A stretch of 52,083 bases of DNA from an uncultured Erysipelotrichaceae bacterium (GTDB lineage: Bacteria > Bacillota_I > Bacilli_A > RF39 > UBA660). A model generated the notes under the pieces. The model worked only from the letters and a program-made list of their open reading frames with translations. It was not told the origin of the DNA and searched no databases. Below are positions 48,269 to 52,083 of this stretch, in pieces. The position numbers were made by a program, and so were the translations under genes. Position 1 is the first letter of the stretch; every line of letters begins with the position of its first letter. The stretch is from contig CADBUX010000004.1 in assembly GCA_902797995.1 (NCBI GenBank), positions 1-52,083 of the forward strand. Reading direction: 5' to 3'.

Positions 48269-50755
48269 TTACTCATTTATAGATTCTTCAACTACAGTTA
48301 ATTCAGAATTATCACTAGTCTCTTGCTGATCATCTTCCGTAGATTTTTCAGCAACAGTAACCGAAGTAACAACTTGGTTTTCTCTTAAATTCATAAGTCT
48401 AACACCTTGTGTATTTCTTCGCAAAGTAGAAATTTTGCTAACATCAAGTCTAATAATAGTACCTTCGTCTGTAGTAATTATTATATCCTCATCCCCAACA
48501 ACAGATTTAAATGTAACAATTAATCCATTCTTTTCAGTAATATTAAGAGCTTTAACACCCTTACCTCCACGATGAGTCAATCTATACTCTTCTACATCAG
48601 TCTTTTTACCATAACCCTTTTCCGTTACAACAAGTATCAACTGAGACTTATTAACAACTTCAGCTCCAACTACAACTGCATCTAACATATCAATACCTTT
48701 AACACCAGAAGCCGACCTGCCCATTATTCTAACTTCGTTTTCATTAAATCTAACCATTCTACCAATATTAGATGCCATGATTACCTCATTATTACCAGTA
48801 GTCTTTTTAACACTAGTTAACATATCACCATCTTTAAGAGTTATAGCAATCTTACCATTTTTACGAATAGAATCAAATTCAGCTACATCAGTTCTCTTAA
48901 CCAAACCATTTCTAGTAAAGAACATCAAATACTTAGCATCTTCTTCATTAGATATTGGAATAATAGTATTAACAAACTCATCCTTCTCTAAAGGTAAGAT
49001 ATTAACAATTGGAACACCTTTAGATTGTCTACTAAATTCAGGTATTTCATATCCTTTAACACGATATACCTTACCAAAATTACTAAAGAATAGTAAATAA
49101 TCATGAGTATCACAAGTTATTAACATTTCAACATAATCTTCATCGTTAGTAGACATCCCCTTAATACCTACACCACCACGGTTTTGACTGCGATAAGTAT
49201 CAGCGACCAAACGTTTGATATATCCTCTTTTTGTCATTGATATTACGCTTGTTTCGTTAGGAATTAAAGACTCATCATCAATATAGTCAATAGCAGTCAT
49301 ATCAATATCAGTACGTCTTTCATCACCATATTTATTTTTAATTTCAAGAAGTTCTTCTTTAATAATACCAAGAACTCTTTCCTCAGAAGCCAAAATAGCC
49401 TTATATTCAGCAATCTTTTCAAGAAGTTCAGCAAGCTCGTTTTCAATCTTTTCTCGTTCTAAACCAGTTAGTCTTCTAAGACGCATTTCTAAAATAGCAT
49501 TTGCTTGTGCTTCAGTAAGACCAAATCTACTCATTAAACCATTACGAGCAACATCATCATCTTGAGCAGCTCTAATAAGCTTAATTACTTCATCTATATT
49601 ATCAAGAGCAATTTTTAATCCTTCCAAAATATGGACTCTCTTTTCAGCTTTATCTAAGTCAAATTTAGTTCTACGAATGATAATTTCTTTTTGAAAATCA
49701 ATATATTTAGAAATAATATCCTTAAGTCCTAGACTCTTAGGAACACCTTGATCAAGCATTAAAAAGTTTATACCATAATTAGTTTGAAATTGCGTATGTT
49801 TGTATAAATTATTTAAAACGACCTGAGGATTTGCATCCCTTTTCAAAGTAATAGTAATTTTAATACCATCTTTTAAATCTGTATGATAATCGGAAATACC
49901 ATCAATAACCTTATTATGTACAAGTTCAGCAACCTTATTCTTAAGTTCAGATGTATTAACACCATAAGGAACTTCATCAATAACAATATAATTTTTGCCA
50001 TTTTTTTCCTCAATAGTAGCCCTACTTCTTATAGTAATAGACCCCCTACCAGTCTCATAAGCCTTACGAATACCACTATTACCAAGAATAATAGCACCAG
50101 TAGGAAAATCAGGACCCTTAACATAATTCATAAGTTCATCCAAAGTAACATCAGGATTATCAATATAAGCAACGCACCCATCAATAACTTCACTCAAATT
50201 ATGTGGCGGAATATTAGTAGCCATACCAACTGCAATACCCATAGTACCATTAACTAAAATATTAGGAAATCTACTTGGTAAAATACTAGGTTCTTGTTCA
50301 GACTCATCAAAGTTTGGTTCAAAATCAACCGTATTCTTATTAATATCACGTAAAAGTTCTAGTGACATTCTAGATAATCTTGATTCAGTATAACGCATTG
50401 CAGCGGCTCCATAACCTTCAATATTACCAAAGTTACCATGTCCATCTACAAGCATATAACGATAATTAAAATCTTGAGCCATTCTAACCATCGCTTCGTA
50501 AATAGAACTATCACCATGAGGATGATATTTTCCCATAACATCCCCAACTATTCTTGCACTCTTCTTATGAGGTTTATCAGGAGTATAACCAGATTCATAC
50601 ATTGAATAAAGAATTCTACGATGAACAGGTTTAAGTCCATCTCTTAAATCAGGAAGAGCACGAGACACTATAACACTCATCGAATATTCTAGGAACGATG
50701 TTTCAATTTCATTTACTATATTGTTTTCTTCTAATCTATCTCTACTATGATCCAT
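48269..50755 (-). CDS. gyrA: DNA gyrase subunit A
   Basis: [30 protein letters not shown], GyrA-box QNRGGVG, beta-pinwheel repeats. Confidence 0.97.
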   Translation of the reverse strand: MDHSRDRLEENNIVNEIETSFLEYSMSVIVSRALPDLRDGLKPVHRRILYSMYESGYTPDKPHKKSARIVGDVMGKYHPHGDSSIYEAMVRMAQDFNYRYMLVDGHGNFGNIEGYGAAAMRYTESRLSRMSLELLRDINKNTVDFEPNFDESEQEPSILPSRFPNILVNGTMGIAVGMATNIPPHNLSEVIDGCVAYIDNPDVTLDELMNYVKGPDFPTGAIILGNSGIRKAYETGRGSITIRSRATIEEKNGKNYIVIDEVPYGVNTSELKNKVAELVHNKVIDGISDYHTDLKDGIKITITLKRDANPQVVLNNLYKHTQFQTNYGINFLMLDQGVPKSLGLKDIISKYIDFQKEIIIRRTKFDLDKAEKRVHILEGLKIALDNIDEVIKLIRAAQDDDVARNGLMSRFGLTEAQANAILEMRLRRLTGLEREKIENELAELLEKIAEYKAILASEERVLGIIKEELLEIKNKYGDERRTDIDMTAIDYIDDESLIPNETSVISMTKRGYIKRLVADTYRSQNRGGVGIKGMSTNDEDYVEMLITCDTHDYLLFFSNFGKVYRVKGYEIPEFSRQSKGVPIVNILPLEKDEFVNTIIPISNEEDAKYLMFFTRNGLVKRTDVAEFDSIRKNGKIAITLKDGDMLTSVKKTTGNNEVIMASNIGRMVRFNENEVRIMGRSASGVKGIDMLDAVVVGAEVVNKSQLILVVTEKGYGKKTDVEEYRLTHRGGKGVKALNITEKNGLIVTFKSVVGDEDIIITTDEGTIIRLDVSKISTLRRNTQGVRLMNLRENQVVTSVTVAEKSTEDDQQETSDNSELTVVEESINE

Positions 50756-50766
50756 TTCTAACCCTC

Positions 50767-52083
<1,317 letters not shown>

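Overview
AT-rich, origin-proximal chromosomal segment of a reduced-genome, probably spore-forming member of the Bacilli. The gene content suggests an uncultured RF39-like lineage; this is inference. Every credible gene lies on the minus strand, in a condensed version of the Bacillus subtilis gyrB-to-sigH order: gyrB (partial), gyrA, SRP RNA, tadA, dnaX, ybaB, recR, bofA, holB, ricT, pth, mfd, spoVT, metG, tatD, rsmA, yabG, veg, spoVG, yabP, yabQ, divIC, tilS, ftsH, dusB, lysS, clpC, gltX, cysS, mrnC, rlmB, sigH. Accessory inserts are an AT3 acyltransferase plus SGNH pair, a 44-aa membrane peptide missing from the ORF track, a seven-gene SipW/TasA-like fibre locus, a ParB/Srx-fold orphan with a putative lipoprotein, four TagB/TagF-family genes, a YfcC-type carrier, and a pseudokinase-like gene coupled to a tail-anchored protein. 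The most striking non-coding feature is a 1.4-kb array between gyrA and dnaX, where 7 parS sites are interleaved with 4 Noc-binding-site (NBS) palindromes; a fifth NBS lies inside dnaX. T-box leaders precede metG (AUG specifier) and, unusually, lysS (AAA specifier). All calls come from reading the sequence and recognising motifs; no database searches were run.
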